64,000 nt of DNA, taken from NCBI GenBank assembly GCA_964649715.1, contig CAZYTH010000004.1, positions 18,135-82,134 of the forward strand. Reading direction: 5' to 3'. The DNA is from an uncultured Candidatus Saccharibacteria bacterium (lineage in GTDB: Bacteria; Patescibacteriota; Minisyncoccia; Phycocordibacterales; UBA12445). The notes under the pieces are model-generated. The model was not told the origin of the DNA and searched no databases. It saw only the letters and a list, made by a program, of their open reading frames with translations. A program made the translations under genes and the position numbers. Shown piece by piece: positions 39,801 through 51,122 of this stretch; positions within the stretch are counted from its first letter, which is position 1, and the number at the start of each line of letters is the position of its first letter.

Positions 39801-40449
39801 GGTTCTGGAAATTAAAAATGATGGTAAAGAAAAATCAATAACTGTAGTGGGAGATGTATCATCAAAAAATAATTCAAAAGAACACTTAGTTCCATTCACA
39901 AGAAATATATTGGTTAAAATTGGGCAGAATGTTTCTAAGGGAGAGATTATGACCGATGGTTCTGTAAATATCAGTGAATTGTTTAAATTAGGTGGCAAAG
40001 AGGCTGCAGAAAATTATATCTTGAATGAAGTTTGTAAAATATATTCTATGCAAGCTGCCGCAATCTCAAGAAAACACATTGAAGTTATATTAAAACAAAT
40101 GTTTTCAAGAAAGAGGATAACTGATGCGGGTGACTCTGATTTTGTAGAGGGAGAAATTGTTGAGGAGCAAGAAATAATAAAAACAAACTCTGAAATGAAA
40201 GCCAACAAGTCAAAATGGGAAGATTTAGTCCTCGGAATTTCGGAAGTTTCCCTAACTACATCTAGCTGGCTTTCCTCAGCCTCTTTCCAGAACACCTCAA
40301 GAATACTTATAGAAGCATCAACCAGGGGTAAAACAGATGAACTTAGGGGTCTCAAAGAAAATGTTATAATAGGAAGACTTATACCAGCGGGTACTGGGTT
40401 TAAATCAAGTGACAAAGAACCCGAAGAAGATTCGGAGTTAGATAATTAA
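36841..40449 (+). CDS. rpoC: DNA-directed RNA polymerase subunit beta'
   Basis: Zn-finger CxxC...CxxC, catalytic NADFDGDQMAVH, and the trigger-loop and bridge-helix regions. 1202 aa. Confidence 0.95.
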   Translation: MKEEQTLDFNAIMLKLASPDKIKEWSYGEVTRPETINYRTQRSERGGLFDERIFGPEKDYECYCGKYRRIRYKDIICEKCGVEVTRSIVRRERMGHIELAAPVAHIWFLRGIPSRIGLLLDLSIAELEKVVYFAGYIITKVNKDEKERLLKELDREFKTKIKSVNSAEAKESIKSSLLEVKKEINSIREGLVLDEPTHIKFTYKYGTVFESDIGAEAVYKMFLNIDLDKIISELHERIKTAGTVDKVKIQKRLNLVRHMKKSGVRPEWMFLKVIPIIPPALRPMVALDGGRHATSDVNDLYRRVINRNNRLKKLIEINAPEVILRNEKRILQEAVDALIDNSIRHGSNSAGAMSSAQRRPLKSLADILKGKQGRFRQNLLGKRVDYSGRSVIVVGPELHLDQCGLPKHMALELFRPFVISKILERELAYNIRGAGRLIEDAVPEVWAILEEVIKNKFVLLNRAPTLHRLGIQAFRPILIEGNAIRIHPLVCTAFNADFDGDQMAVHVPLSDEAQEEAREIMCAAKNLLRPGTGDPIVTPKLDIVLGCYWMTKVVEGERGEGKIFPTPNAAISAYDYGQVGFRAKIKIMGGESEKYKEFKDKILETSVGKILFNSVLPSDFRYLNHEITGKEMPTLIEELIEIYGTDAVPAILDKIKSFGFKYITLSGITWGIDDLRVPSEKPSIVKKTKENVLGIEKNYEEGFISGEEKRKMVISAWRSAWDETQKLVPKTLDPNGGVHDMVTSKARGSIAALSQMCGMKGLIINTSGQTLEFPVIPSYKEGLSPLEYFITTHGSRKGLTDTALNTSKAGYLTRRLVDVAQDVVVSEEDCGEKNGRVIRAKDVLETTISNALRGRVLAKDLSDKDGKVIFKKGHLIMKKDLKTIDDHIVDEATVFSPLTCTSTRGVCQKCYGLDLGRNNLVKLGEAVGIVAAQAIGEPGTQLTMRTFHSGGVSEAGGDITMGLPRIEEIFEKRAPKNSAVISEIDGQVLEIKNDGKEKSITVVGDVSSKNNSKEHLVPFTRNILVKIGQNVSKGEIMTDGSVNISELFKLGGKEAAENYILNEVCKIYSMQAAAISRKHIEVILKQMFSRKRITDAGDSDFVEGEIVEEQEIIKTNSEMKANKSKWEDLVLGISEVSLTTSSWLSSASFQNTSRILIEASTRGKTDELRGLKENVIIGRLIPAGTGFKSSDKEPEEDSELDN

Positions 40450-40543
40450 AAAGATCTATAATTCTTCGTCGTAAGCTGTAAAAAGAAGAACCTTTAAACA
40501 AGTATAATTTTAAGATAAGGAAAATTTTTCCTTATCGTTATAT

Positions 40544-42289
40544 ATGTCTTCAACAATAGAACAAATTAAGAATCGATTAAACATAGTAGATATTGTTGGT
40601 TCATACTTAAAATTGGAAAAATCTGGTTCTAATTTTAAAGCCAAATGTCCGTTCCACAACGAAAAGACACCTTCTTTTTACGTTTCTCCGGACAGAGATA
40701 GTTACCATTGTTTCGGTTGTGGAAAAGGCGGAGATATAATAAGTTTTGTTCAGGAAATGGAGGGGGTTGAATTCATTGAGGCCCTCAAAATACTTGCGGA
40801 TAAGGCTGGGGTAAAACTAGACAAAGAAAAAACGTCCGAAAAAAGCGAGTCAGAAAAAATACGTTCAATACTTAAATTTGCAATTGATTTTTATCGAAAA
40901 GAATTAGTTAAAAATGAAGAAGTTGTAAAATACTTAAAGAACAGAGGGTTAAATAAAGAAACAATATTAAAATTTGAGATAGGATTTGCACCTTGCGAAT
41001 GGAGACTGCTGTATGAATATCTTAAAAAAAATGGTTTTACCGACAAAGAAATCGAGTCATCTGGTCTTTCTATTAGATCACAAAATGGTTTTTATGATCG
41101 CTTTAGAAACCGAATAATGTTTCCTATTTTTAATATTTCTGGCATGCCAGTAGGGTTTTCCGGGAGAATGTTTGAGTCCGGAAAAAAAGAAGATTTGATA
41201 CAAGCAAAGTATATAAACTCGCCACAAACATTGCTATATGATAAATCTAGAATATTGTATGGTATAGAAAAAGCGAAACTAGAAATAAAGAAAAAAAATG
41301 AATGTATTCTAGTTGAGGGGCAATTCGATCTTATAATGTCCCACCAAGCGGGGACCTTTAATACTGTTGCTGTTTCCGGAACCTCATTGACAGAAAAGCA
41401 CCTTGAAATGATTCAGAGATTTTCCGAAAACATTATTATGGCTTTTGATGGTGACTCAGCTGGAATAAAAGCATCTTCACGAGCCATAAACATGGCCCTC
41501 TCTCTTGGTATCAAGGTAAAATTAGTATCTTTAAGAGATGGCCTTGATCCTGCTGATATTATTAGAGAAAGCGAAGACGATTGGAGAAACATTGTTTCAA
41601 AATCTAAACATATCGTTGATTTTTTTATTGACGTAATCAACTCAAGAAAATTAACAAGGGATGAAAAATTAAAAGAACTAGAGACCACTGTCTTGCTTTA
41701 TATTTCGAATATAAAAAGCAAAATCGAACAAGCGGAATTTGTAAATAAGATATCAGAATCTTTTAACATTCAAGAATCAGCAATTTGGGAAGAAATTGAT
41801 AAAATTATAAAAAATCAAGGAGAATCAACCCACCAAAAAATCGAGAATCTTTTTTCTCAGAACACGGCGCAAGGGAAAATGTTTGAATTGATAAAAAGAT
41901 CGTGGTCATTTATAGAATGGCAGAGAGATATAAAAAGCAATGAAATAGATCCGGACATAGAAGAATTGAGGCTAGAAAAAATTATCGGAAAAGAAAAATA
42001 TGATACAATTAAAAAAGAATTAAAAAAAAGAAGCGAACAGTTAATAATGGAAACGGAAATTTCTTTTGAAGGTTCTAAAAATCAACAAAAAGAAATAGAC
42101 GATTTGCTTAATGGGGTTGAGGAAGAATTTTTAAGAAAAAAGAGGGAAGAGGCTTGTCTGATGATAAAAAAAAATGAAAAGGCTGGGGATTTTGATAAAA
42201 TGAAGCAGTATTTAAAAGAATTTGATGAGTTTAGTCGAAAATTAGATAATCTAAAACACAACTTCAAAAATGAAAACCAAACTAAATAA
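40544..42289 (+). CDS. dnaG: DNA primase
   Basis: Zinc ribbon [11 protein letters not shown] ... CFGCG, TOPRIM EGQFDLI ... DGDSAG, and a C-terminal helical domain. Confidence 0.9.
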   Translation: MSSTIEQIKNRLNIVDIVGSYLKLEKSGSNFKAKCPFHNEKTPSFYVSPDRDSYHCFGCGKGGDIISFVQEMEGVEFIEALKILADKAGVKLDKEKTSEKSESEKIRSILKFAIDFYRKELVKNEEVVKYLKNRGLNKETILKFEIGFAPCEWRLLYEYLKKNGFTDKEIESSGLSIRSQNGFYDRFRNRIMFPIFNISGMPVGFSGRMFESGKKEDLIQAKYINSPQTLLYDKSRILYGIEKAKLEIKKKNECILVEGQFDLIMSHQAGTFNTVAVSGTSLTEKHLEMIQRFSENIIMAFDGDSAGIKASSRAINMALSLGIKVKLVSLRDGLDPADIIRESEDDWRNIVSKSKHIVDFFIDVINSRKLTRDEKLKELETTVLLYISNIKSKIEQAEFVNKISESFNIQESAIWEEIDKIIKNQGESTHQKIENLFSQNTAQGKMFELIKRSWSFIEWQRDIKSNEIDPDIEELRLEKIIGKEKYDTIKKELKKRSEQLIMETEISFEGSKNQQKEIDDLLNGVEEEFLRKKREEACLMIKKNEKAGDFDKMKQYLKEFDEFSRKLDNLKHNFKNENQTK

Positions 42290-43478
42290 TAAAAAAGACA
42301 TAATCCCAACAAAGAAAAAAGTGGCATTAAAAAAGAAGATTGTGCCTGATATCAAAAAGACAACTACCACATTAAAAAGTGGACCCAAAAAAACAATTGA
42401 AAAAAAACACAAAAAAGAGAATTGGGAGAAAAAAAGAGATCATCTTATAGAAATTGGAAAAAAGAGGAATTTTGTTACATTCAATGAGATACTGAAAGAA
42501 TTCCCAACAATTGAGGACGACGTTATTTTTCTAGAAGATCTTTATGAAGAATTAAACAAGCAAGGCATAGATATTATAGACAGCGGTGGTCTTTTGGAAA
42601 GTAGTGATGATTATACTCTTTCAGAAAGACGCGGTGGGAGAGGAGATCCTGCGTTGGATTCGGTCCAGATGTATCTCAGAGAGATAGGTCAGTATAAACT
42701 AATTTCAGCTGCCGAGGAAAAAGAATTAGCAAAAAAAATACAAACAGGAGACAAAGAGGCAATGAACACTCTCGTGCGCGCCAACCTAAGACTCGTTGTT
42801 TCTATCGCAAAAAAATTCATAGGAAGAAGTTCCGATCTTACCCTTCTTGATCTCATACAAGAAGGTAATCTTGGTCTTTTCAAAGCAGTAGAAAAATTTG
42901 ATTGGTCTAAGGGTTTTAAGTTCTCAACATATGCAACATGGTGGATAAGGCAAGCGATCACAAGGGCTCTTGCTGATCAATCTAGAACAATAAGAATACC
43001 GGTCCATATGGTTGAAACTGTCGCGAAATACAAGCAGATAGTAAGAAGATTGTCTCAGGATCTTGGCAGAGAGCCCTTATCATCAGAAATAGCGACGGAA
43101 ATGGGTGTAGAGGTTGAAAAAGTCCACATAATCGAGAAAATAGACCAAGGAACAGTTTCCTTAGAGACTCCCGTGGGAAATGATGATGACAATTCTTCTT
43201 TGGGGGATTTTATTGCTGATGATAAAATAATATCACCAGATAACCAAACCGCAAGAAGAATATTATCAGACCAAATAAAAGAGATACTGAATGATTTAAC
43301 ACCAAAAGAAAGAAAAATCTTAGAAATGCGACATGGACTAGTTGATGGTGTCATGAGAACTCTGGAAGAAGTTGGAAAAGAGTTTGGTGTTACCCGAGAA
43401 AGAATAAGACAGATAGAAGCTAAGGCTCACGAAAAAATAAGAAATCATGAAAAATCAAAAAAACTTTTGGGTTATTAG
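42270..43478 (+). CDS. rpoD: RNA polymerase sigma factor sigma-70 (primary)
   Basis: Region 2 ([21 protein letters not shown] ... [13 protein letters not shown]), region 3 and region 4 ([15 protein letters not shown]). Overlaps the dnaG 3' end, and the true start may lie downstream. Confidence 0.9.
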   Translation: MKTKLNNKKDIIPTKKKVALKKKIVPDIKKTTTTLKSGPKKTIEKKHKKENWEKKRDHLIEIGKKRNFVTFNEILKEFPTIEDDVIFLEDLYEELNKQGIDIIDSGGLLESSDDYTLSERRGGRGDPALDSVQMYLREIGQYKLISAAEEKELAKKIQTGDKEAMNTLVRANLRLVVSIAKKFIGRSSDLTLLDLIQEGNLGLFKAVEKFDWSKGFKFSTYATWWIRQAITRALADQSRTIRIPVHMVETVAKYKQIVRRLSQDLGREPLSSEIATEMGVEVEKVHIIEKIDQGTVSLETPVGNDDDNSSLGDFIADDKIISPDNQTARRILSDQIKEILNDLTPKERKILEMRHGLVDGVMRTLEEVGKEFGVTRERIRQIEAKAHEKIRNHEKSKKLLGY

Positions 43479-43492
43479 GTAAAAAAATAAAA

Positions 43493-44356
43493 ATGTTTTT
43501 AATCGGAGCGATATTAGATATCTTTGCAACCTCTTTTATTCTTTATAATACCTACATACTACTCAAGAAAACTCGTTCCATTTATATATTAAGGGGATTT
43601 GTTGGAATTGCTATATTTTATGTTATTGTTGGTACTTTAAATTTGAAACTAACAGTTTATCTACTTCAATTCTTTATATCTTTTGCGATTATTATCTTAG
43701 CCGTTGTGTTTCAGAGAGAAATCAGAAGATTTTTCGAAAACTTTTCACTTTCTTTTTTTTATGACATGAGTGCTGGCGGGACCCAAGTGAACCAAGATCT
43801 ATTAAGTGTAATAATAAATACAGCATATCAATTGTCTCAAAAAAAGATTGGGGCACTGATAGTTTTTCCCGGAAAACAAAATTTAGATAATTTACTAGAG
43901 GGCGGTATAGATATTAATGGAAAAGTTTCGGAACCACTACTTTTGAGTATTTTTGACACAAGAACTCCCGGACACGATGGTGCTGTTATTATTGAAAATA
44001 ATTTAATAAAAAAATTTTCTGTACATTTACCATTAGCAGAGGATCATAAAAAATATCCCAACATAGGAACCAGGCATCGCGCAGGATTGGGAGTCGCAGA
44101 GAAATCTGACGCCAGCACGATTATCATATCAGAAGAGCGCGGAACAATAACAATGGCGAGAAACAATGAGCTTTTTCTAATCAACGGGAAAGATGAGTTG
44201 AAAAATGAATTGGAAAAAGTAATAAAAACATCAAAAGACAGTAGCAAGATCGGGGTGTTGGATAATTTCAAAAAATTTTTAAAAAACAATAGAAAAGAAA
44301 AGATTTTTGTCGTCACTCTTTCAATTTTTCTTTGGTGTGTTATAGCTTATAAATAA
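43493..44356 (+). CDS. cdaA: diadenylate cyclase (membrane-anchored CdaA/DacA type)
   Basis: Three N-terminal TM helices and a DAC domain with DGA and RHR motifs (GHDGAVII ... GTRHRAGLGVAE). Confidence 0.85.
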   Translation: MFLIGAILDIFATSFILYNTYILLKKTRSIYILRGFVGIAIFYVIVGTLNLKLTVYLLQFFISFAIIILAVVFQREIRRFFENFSLSFFYDMSAGGTQVNQDLLSVIINTAYQLSQKKIGALIVFPGKQNLDNLLEGGIDINGKVSEPLLLSIFDTRTPGHDGAVIIENNLIKKFSVHLPLAEDHKKYPNIGTRHRAGLGVAEKSDASTIIISEERGTITMARNNELFLINGKDELKNELEKVIKTSKDSSKIGVLDNFKKFLKNNRKEKIFVVTLSIFLWCVIAYK

Positions 44357-44413
44357 GATTACAACACACACAAAATCTTAACTATTTAATTGAATCAAGT
44401 TTAATATTTTAAA

Positions 44414-46213
44414 ATGAAAATATTCAAAGAAACCATTGAGATTTTAAAAAATACATGGAGAATAAATAAAATATCGTGGAAAGAAAAAAAGAGGCTTATT
44501 TTGGCTTACAATCTTACGATATTTCTTTCTTCTTTCTCGCCATTCTTAGAGTCTGGATTGATTGCCATTGTCATAAACGAATTAGTCAAGATCTCAAAAC
44601 AAAGTGGTGACATAAATTCAATAATATGGGCAATTATAGCGATGGCCTTCGCGATAATAATACCGTCGCTTTTATGGAAAGTTGAAAATTATCTAGACCT
44701 TATCTATTACATGTTTATTGAGGAGAAGATAGAGATGCTCACGATTAAGAAATATTCAGAAATAGATGTTGCACTTCATGAAAATCCAAAGTACAACGAT
44801 CTATTTAATAAAATATCTGAAAATGGAAACTGGAGAGCGTGTAATTTTGCAGACAGTCAATTTTATATTTTAAAAAGTATTATTGAGGTTATTGTTGCCT
44901 CATCTATACTCATTTACTCAAACCCAAACATTTTCTTAATGATTTTTTTAGGTACAATTCCGGAATTAATAGCCGGCATTTATTATGGAAAAAGAGTTTG
45001 GACAATACACACAAGTAAGGCCGAGACCAGAAGAAGATTTTGGGATGTTAAAAATCATTTCATGGGGCCGTCTTCTCTTATCGAGCTTAGATTATTTCAA
45101 AATACAGGGTTTTTCTTAAATATCATAAAAGAACTTTTTTCTAATTTCAGAAAAGAAGAATACAAAAATAACAAAAAAAATTTTTTAACACAAATACTCT
45201 CTACAATCATTTCAGAATCTGTATTAATCGCAGGAATGATCTATTTTATACTCGAAGTCATCTCAGGGGAAATGCAAATAGGTACCTTAACTTTCGTAAT
45301 GGCTTCGATACGACAACTCAGAGGTTCTTTGTCTGGTCTCTTTAGAATAATGGGTAAACAATATCAAGACAGTTTGTTCGTTACAGATCTCTTTGAGTTT
45401 TTAGATATAAAAACCTTCATAAAGAAACCAGATCGTGGGATAATACTAGATCGCAAAAAGGCCCCCGAAATAATATTTGAAAATGTAACATTTAGTTACC
45501 CAAACTCAGAAAAGCCAGTAATAAAGAATTTTTCTCTAAAGATAGATTCTGGTAGCAAAGTGGCGTTAATAGGAGTTAATGGTGCTGGAAAAACAACTTT
45601 TGTTAAGTTGTTATGTCGTTTTTATGACCCAACCGAAGGGAGAATTCTTATAAACGGACACGATCTCAGGGATATCGATATTGAGAGTTGGTATTATATA
45701 ATAGGAGCGGTTTTTCAAGATTATTCTAGATATCATTTTCAAGTAAAAGAAGCTATCGCGATGGGCAGAACAGGAGAAAAATCAAGCTTAGAAAAAGTTA
45801 AAGATGCAGCGAAAGCCAGTGAGGCAGATATTTTTATTGAAAAGTGGGAAAAATCTTATGAACAAAATCTTGGAGTTGAGTTTGCCGAGGGAGTAGAACC
45901 TTCTGTGGGGCAGTGGCAGAAACTTGCTCTCGCGAGGACTTTTTATCGAGATCCTAAACTAATGATCCTAGATGAACCAACTTCTTCGATAGACGCGAGT
46001 TCTGAAGCCAAAATATTTGAAAAAATAGGAGAAGTATCAGACGATAGAACTGTGGTAACAATATCTCATAGATTTTCCACTGTAAAAAAGGCAGACAAAA
46101 TAATTGTCATAGAAAATGGAGAGAAAAAAGAGGAAGGCACTCATGATGAGCTTATTGTATTGGGTGGTTCATACTCACACCTTTTTAAACTTCAGGCTAA
46201 AAGTTATAAATAA
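44414..46213 (+). CDS. ABC transporter, fused permease/ATP-binding protein (exporter type)
   Basis: N-terminal 6-TM domain and C-terminal NBD (GVNGAGKTT, signature-like SVGQWQK, Walker B ILDEPTSSID). Confidence 0.8.
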   Translation: MKIFKETIEILKNTWRINKISWKEKKRLILAYNLTIFLSSFSPFLESGLIAIVINELVKISKQSGDINSIIWAIIAMAFAIIIPSLLWKVENYLDLIYYMFIEEKIEMLTIKKYSEIDVALHENPKYNDLFNKISENGNWRACNFADSQFYILKSIIEVIVASSILIYSNPNIFLMIFLGTIPELIAGIYYGKRVWTIHTSKAETRRRFWDVKNHFMGPSSLIELRLFQNTGFFLNIIKELFSNFRKEEYKNNKKNFLTQILSTIISESVLIAGMIYFILEVISGEMQIGTLTFVMASIRQLRGSLSGLFRIMGKQYQDSLFVTDLFEFLDIKTFIKKPDRGIILDRKKAPEIIFENVTFSYPNSEKPVIKNFSLKIDSGSKVALIGVNGAGKTTFVKLLCRFYDPTEGRILINGHDLRDIDIESWYYIIGAVFQDYSRYHFQVKEAIAMGRTGEKSSLEKVKDAAKASEADIFIEKWEKSYEQNLGVEFAEGVEPSVGQWQKLALARTFYRDPKLMILDEPTSSIDASSEAKIFEKIGEVSDDRTVVTISHRFSTVKKADKIIVIENGEKKEEGTHDELIVLGGSYSHLFKLQAKSYK

Positions 46214-46301
46214 AAAACAATTTTCTCAGGAAATCAGGACTTTAAATAATAACAAAAATCTGTTACTATGAATAAGCTTTTGAAGAATATGATTATCAAA
46301 A

Positions 46302-47309
46302 ATGAACTCAAACGAAAAATACAAAATAGCAGTCACAGGAGACAGACCAACGGGGAAGCTTCATTTAGGACACCTTGTTGGTTCTCTGCAAAATAGAATA
46401 AAAATACAAGAAGAATGCAAACAGTTTGTTATGATAGCAGACGTTCAAGCACTAACAGACAACGCAGATTCACCTGAAAAAGTAAGAAATAATGTTATTG
46501 AAGTAGCTTTAGATAATCTTGCTGTTGGTGTAGACCCAACAATAAGCACTTTTTTTATACAATCACAAATACCAGAGATTGCTGAGTTAACAATCTTTTT
46601 TTTGAATTTAGTTACAGTGGCACGACTAGAGAGAAACCCGACTGTAAAAAACGAAATGAAACAAAAAGGTTTTGGAGGAAACGTACCAGCGGGTTTTTTG
46701 TGTTATCCAGTAAGCCAGACCGCTGATATTTTGTCTTTTAAGGCGAATATTGTTCCGGTAGGAGAGGATCAACTTCCAATGATAGAACAAGCCAATGAGA
46801 TATCACACAAATTTAATTCTTTATATGGAGAAATTTTTCCAAAAATAGAGCCAAGAATATCAGAATCCCCAAGGCTCCTAGGGACAGATGGCGCTTCAAA
46901 AATGAGCAAATCTCTAAATAATGCGATTTTTTTATCTGATAAAAAAGACACAATCAATGATAAGGTTATGCAAATGTTTACCGATCCTAAACATATTCAC
47001 AAAAGTGATCCTGGAAGAATTGAAGGAAATGTGGTTTTTGAATACTTGTCTATATTCGATCCAAACAAAGAAGAACTTGAGGAGATAAAAAATGGATACA
47101 AAAAGGGTGGAGTAGGCGATATCGAAATAAAAAATCGCCTTATTGATATTTTAGAAAATATAATATCCCCCATAAGAGAGAAGAGGGAAAATCTTTCAAA
47201 AGATCCTTCTAAGATAATGGATATCTTAAATGAAGGTGGTAAATTAGCCAGAGAAACTACAAAAGAAACAATGCATGAAGTTAGAAGGGCAATGAAAATA
47301 AATTATTAA
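46302..47309 (+). CDS. trpS: tryptophanyl-tRNA synthetase
   Basis: HIGH-type TGKLHLGH and KMSKS, class Ic, 335 aa. Confidence 0.9.
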   Translation: MNSNEKYKIAVTGDRPTGKLHLGHLVGSLQNRIKIQEECKQFVMIADVQALTDNADSPEKVRNNVIEVALDNLAVGVDPTISTFFIQSQIPEIAELTIFFLNLVTVARLERNPTVKNEMKQKGFGGNVPAGFLCYPVSQTADILSFKANIVPVGEDQLPMIEQANEISHKFNSLYGEIFPKIEPRISESPRLLGTDGASKMSKSLNNAIFLSDKKDTINDKVMQMFTDPKHIHKSDPGRIEGNVVFEYLSIFDPNKEELEEIKNGYKKGGVGDIEIKNRLIDILENIISPIREKRENLSKDPSKIMDILNEGGKLARETTKETMHEVRRAMKINY

Positions 47310-47335
47310 AGATTACTACCAACTAAAACTAAAAA

Positions 47336-48736
47336 ATGGAACGAGTTTACATAAAAGACTTAAAAGAGCATATCGGTAAAGAGGTGGCTATCTATGGTTG
47401 GGTGGACACAAGAAGAGACATGGGGAAGCTTATTTTTATTGACCTAAGAGATGAGTCTTTATCTAGGGTTCAATGTGTAATATTGCCAAATCAAAAAGAG
47501 GCTGGATTTACCGCGCAGTCGATTAGAAATGAATGGGTTATAGAAATTGTCGGCAGGATTAACCAAAGACCAGAAAAAACAACGAAGACCGATATTGAAA
47601 ATGGCGATATCGAGGTAGAGGTAATGTCTGTAAAGATTTTAAACGAAGCAAATACACCACCTTTTGACATAACAACTGATGGTAAGGAGGTAAAAGAAGA
47701 AATAAGATTAAAATATAAGTATCTTGATCTTAGAAGAAACAGGATGCAAAAAAACTTAAGATTTAGACATGATCTTATTTCTCATACAAGAAATTATTTA
47801 AATTCAAGAGAATTCTTTGAAATTGAAACACCAGTATTAACTAAATCAACCCCGGAGGGTGCCAGGGATTATGTTGTTCCTTCCAGAATTTACAATGGTA
47901 AGTTTTATGCATTACCACAATCTCCACAGCAATACAAACAGCTCTTAATGGTTGCCGGTTTTGGTAAATATTTCCAAATCGCCAGATGTTTCAGAGACGA
48001 AGACACAAGAGGTGACAGACAACCAGAATTTACACAAATGGATCTTGAAATGTCTTTTGTGGAGCAAGAAGATGTAATGTCTCTCATAGAGGGTATGCTA
48101 ATAGAAATAATACAAAAAATCTCTCCGGATAAAAAAATTCAGCAAATACCTTTCCCTCGTATTAAATATTCTGATGCAATAGCAAAATATGGGACAGATA
48201 GACCAGACATAAGAGAGGATAAGGAAAATAAAAATATTCTTGCCTTCTGCTGGGTTGTCGATTTTCCCTTTTTTGAAAAAGATAAAAAGGGAGGATGGAC
48301 ATTCACGCATAACCCATTTTCCAAACCGAAACCAGAGCATATGGATTTTCTTATGAACAAAGAAAACCTTGGCGATATTCTAACAACACAGTATGACATC
48401 GTTCTTAACGGTTTTGAGATAGGGGGAGGAAGTATAAGAAACCATAGCTCTGAAGCGCTCATGAAAGTTTTTGAAGTAATGGGCTACGAAGAAGAAAGAG
48501 TACGAGAAAACTTCGGGCACATGCTTACAGCTCTTGAATCAGGTACACCGCCACATGGTGGTATTGCTTGGGGATTAGATAGATTGGTAATGTTACTCAG
48601 AAACGAAGACAGTATTAGGGAGGTAATTGCTTTTCCAAAAACAGGAGAGGGTAGGGATCTTATGATGGAATCACCATCTTCTATTGAAGAAGGACAACTT
48701 AAAGAACTTGGAATCACAATAGAAAAGAAGCTGTAA
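47336..48736 (+). CDS. aspS: aspartyl-tRNA synthetase (short form lacking the GAD insertion)
   Basis: [29 protein letters not shown] (AspRS motif 2), an N-terminal OB fold and motif 3 GGGSIR. Confidence 0.85.
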   Translation: MERVYIKDLKEHIGKEVAIYGWVDTRRDMGKLIFIDLRDESLSRVQCVILPNQKEAGFTAQSIRNEWVIEIVGRINQRPEKTTKTDIENGDIEVEVMSVKILNEANTPPFDITTDGKEVKEEIRLKYKYLDLRRNRMQKNLRFRHDLISHTRNYLNSREFFEIETPVLTKSTPEGARDYVVPSRIYNGKFYALPQSPQQYKQLLMVAGFGKYFQIARCFRDEDTRGDRQPEFTQMDLEMSFVEQEDVMSLIEGMLIEIIQKISPDKKIQQIPFPRIKYSDAIAKYGTDRPDIREDKENKNILAFCWVVDFPFFEKDKKGGWTFTHNPFSKPKPEHMDFLMNKENLGDILTTQYDIVLNGFEIGGGSIRNHSSEALMKVFEVMGYEEERVRENFGHMLTALESGTPPHGGIAWGLDRLVMLLRNEDSIREVIAFPKTGEGRDLMMESPSSIEEGQLKELGITIEKKL

Positions 48737-48748
48737 ATATGGGGTTAA

Positions 48749-49519
48749 ATGTCACAAATAAAAGATGAATACAAGGTTAGGGTAGGTGAATTTGAGGGAC
48801 CCCTTGATCTACTCCTTTCTCTTATCGAAAAAAGAAAATTGTGTGTTAATGATATATCGCTTGCCGAAGTTACGGATGCGTATATTGAGTATATAAAACA
48901 ATTTGAAGAATTCCCGATTAGTCATGGTGCCGATTTTTTAATTATAGCATCAACATTACTCCTAATAAAATCAATTTCTCTTTTGCCGGGAATAAAACTA
49001 ACCAACGAAGAAAAAGAGAGTGTTCAGGAATTAGAGAATAGATTGAAGCTATATCAAGAAATAAAGGAAAAAAGTCTATTCATAAAAAATAATTTTGGTA
49101 AAAAAATAATTTTTCAGGTAGGCAAAAAAAATAATTTTTCAGAAAAGTTTTTTTTACCAACAAAAGAGATTAGTGTAATAAATTTATTTAATTCAGCAAG
49201 AGATATTTTAAAGAGAATTCCTAAAAAAGAAAAAATTTCAGAAGTTAAAATAAAAAAAGTTATTAGTCTAGAAGAAGCAATGATTGTTCTCAGCAAAAGA
49301 ATACAACAAGGATTGAAACTTAAATTCAGTCAGTTTTCCAAGATAAATAAAGAAGGAACTCCAGAAGAGATTAAATTGGAAAAAATTAATATAGTTGTTA
49401 ATTTTTTGGCGATGCTTGAACTTATTAAAAGGGGTTCTATACAAGTTGTTCAAGAATCTATGTTTTCCGATATACAAATAGAAAACAGTCAGGCAACTTT
49501 GCCTCATTATGGCGCATAA
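48749..49519 (+). CDS. scpA: segregation and condensation protein A (kleisin)
   Basis: N-terminal EFEGPLDLLLSLIEKRKLCVNDISLAEVTDAYIEY is a typical ScpA N-terminus. Confidence 0.8.
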   Translation: MSQIKDEYKVRVGEFEGPLDLLLSLIEKRKLCVNDISLAEVTDAYIEYIKQFEEFPISHGADFLIIASTLLLIKSISLLPGIKLTNEEKESVQELENRLKLYQEIKEKSLFIKNNFGKKIIFQVGKKNNFSEKFFLPTKEISVINLFNSARDILKRIPKKEKISEVKIKKVISLEEAMIVLSKRIQQGLKLKFSQFSKINKEGTPEEIKLEKINIVVNFLAMLELIKRGSIQVVQESMFSDIQIENSQATLPHYGA

Positions 49520-49558
49520 ATATATTTTACCTTTATTAAAATAGCTAATATTATTAAA

Positions 49559-50110
49559 ATGAAATTAGATATACTCATAGAATCAATACTTTATTTCAAA
49601 GGAGAACCAATTTCAAAAATGGAGCTCGGAAAAATTTTAGAAATAAGCCAAGAAACACTAAAAGAATCTTTGGGCGTATTAAAGCGCAATTTAGAAAATA
49701 GGGGAGTCTGCCTTATCGAAACAGAAGAAGAAGTGTCTCTGGGAACAAGTCCGGAAGCCACAGATATTATTGAAAATATTAAAAAAGATGAGTTAAACAA
49801 AGACATTGGAAGGTCTGGACTAGAAACACTCACGATCGTTGCTTATAAGGGACCCATAAGCAGAAGCGGAATAGACAACATAAGAGGGGTTAATTCAAGT
49901 TTTATACTAAGAAATCTTCTTATTCGCGGATTAGTAGAGAGAATCCCAAACCCCAACGACCAGAGAACATTCCTCTATAAACCAACCATGGAATTACTAA
50001 AATATCTTGGATTTACAAGCTTTGAAAATTTACCAGAATATAATAGTATTATTAAAGAAATGGAGGGTGTGATTCAAGAAGAACAACCAATGGAGGATGA
50101 CTCAAAATAA
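49559..50110 (+). CDS. scpB: segregation and condensation protein B
   Basis: Tandem winged-helix pattern. Immediately downstream of scpA. Confidence 0.75.
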   Translation: MKLDILIESILYFKGEPISKMELGKILEISQETLKESLGVLKRNLENRGVCLIETEEEVSLGTSPEATDIIENIKKDELNKDIGRSGLETLTIVAYKGPISRSGIDNIRGVNSSFILRNLLIRGLVERIPNPNDQRTFLYKPTMELLKYLGFTSFENLPEYNSIIKEMEGVIQEEQPMEDDSK

Positions 50111-50121
50111 AAATCAGAAAA

Positions 50122-51099
50122 ATGAGTGAACAAGAAAAAACAAAAATAATATCAAACCCTTTTAAAGACACTCGTCGCATGGTGTGGGTTTTTTGTTTAT
50201 CTGGTTTTATTTTGACATCTTTGATGAGTCCATATTTGTATATAACATACAACAGCAATGTATCTTTTAATCACGTAGATGAGATTACCCCATCATCCGA
50301 ATCAGAATATTTTGACAATCCAGAGATTCAAGCAAATTCGGCTTCTGTCTTTGATATAAAAAATAATACATTTATTTATTCTAAAAACAGTAAAAGTCAA
50401 CTTCCGTTAGCGTCAATAACAAAAGTTGCAAGCGGAATGTCTGCCATAAGAATAGCTCAAAAGACGAACTCAAATAAAAATATTAAATTCTCTGGAAAAT
50501 GGTGGAATTTGTACGACCTTTTAAAATTTTCTTTAGTTTCTTCTTCCAATATTGCGATAGCAAATATATCAAAAGCTCTTTCAAAAATAACAGATGTAGA
50601 AATGAACGAAAGTGACAGAGAAATAGATTTCATTTACGAAATGAACTTAATAGCAAAAGAGTTGGGATTAAATACTCTGTATTTCGTAAATGAAACCGGA
50701 CTTGATTTAAACGAAGATGCTGGGGGGGCATTTATTAGTGGAGCATACGGAACATCGGAAGATGTTGCTAAGATGTTTTCTTATGCAATAAATGAATATC
50801 CAGAAATTTTTAATGCAACAAAATATTCAGACATACAAATAGAATCAGAAGATGGCGATATTAAATTTTCTAAAAATACCAATACGGAAATAAACAAAAC
50901 AACTATGGCAATTGCTTCTAAAACAGGGACAACTGATCTAGCTGGGGGTAATTTAGTTATTGCTTTTGACGCCGGAATATCTAGGCCCATAATTATCTCC
51001 ATACTTGGATCAACTCCTGAGGGAAGATTTGAAGATGCAAAAATACTCATAAAAGATGCTTTAAGAAAAATAAACGTTAATGCAAATCATATTTTTTAA
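50122..51099 (+). CDS. D-alanyl-D-alanine carboxypeptidase-like penicillin-binding protein (peptidase S11-like)
   Basis: SxxK motif (ASITKV), a signal/TM N-terminus, and cell-wall gene context. Confidence 0.6.
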   Translation: MSEQEKTKIISNPFKDTRRMVWVFCLSGFILTSLMSPYLYITYNSNVSFNHVDEITPSSESEYFDNPEIQANSASVFDIKNNTFIYSKNSKSQLPLASITKVASGMSAIRIAQKTNSNKNIKFSGKWWNLYDLLKFSLVSSSNIAIANISKALSKITDVEMNESDREIDFIYEMNLIAKELGLNTLYFVNETGLDLNEDAGGAFISGAYGTSEDVAKMFSYAINEYPEIFNATKYSDIQIESEDGDIKFSKNTNTEINKTTMAIASKTGTTDLAGGNLVIAFDAGISRPIIISILGSTPEGRFEDAKILIKDALRKINVNANHIF

Positions 51100-51122
51100 A
51101 AAATATGATATAATATCAGGAG

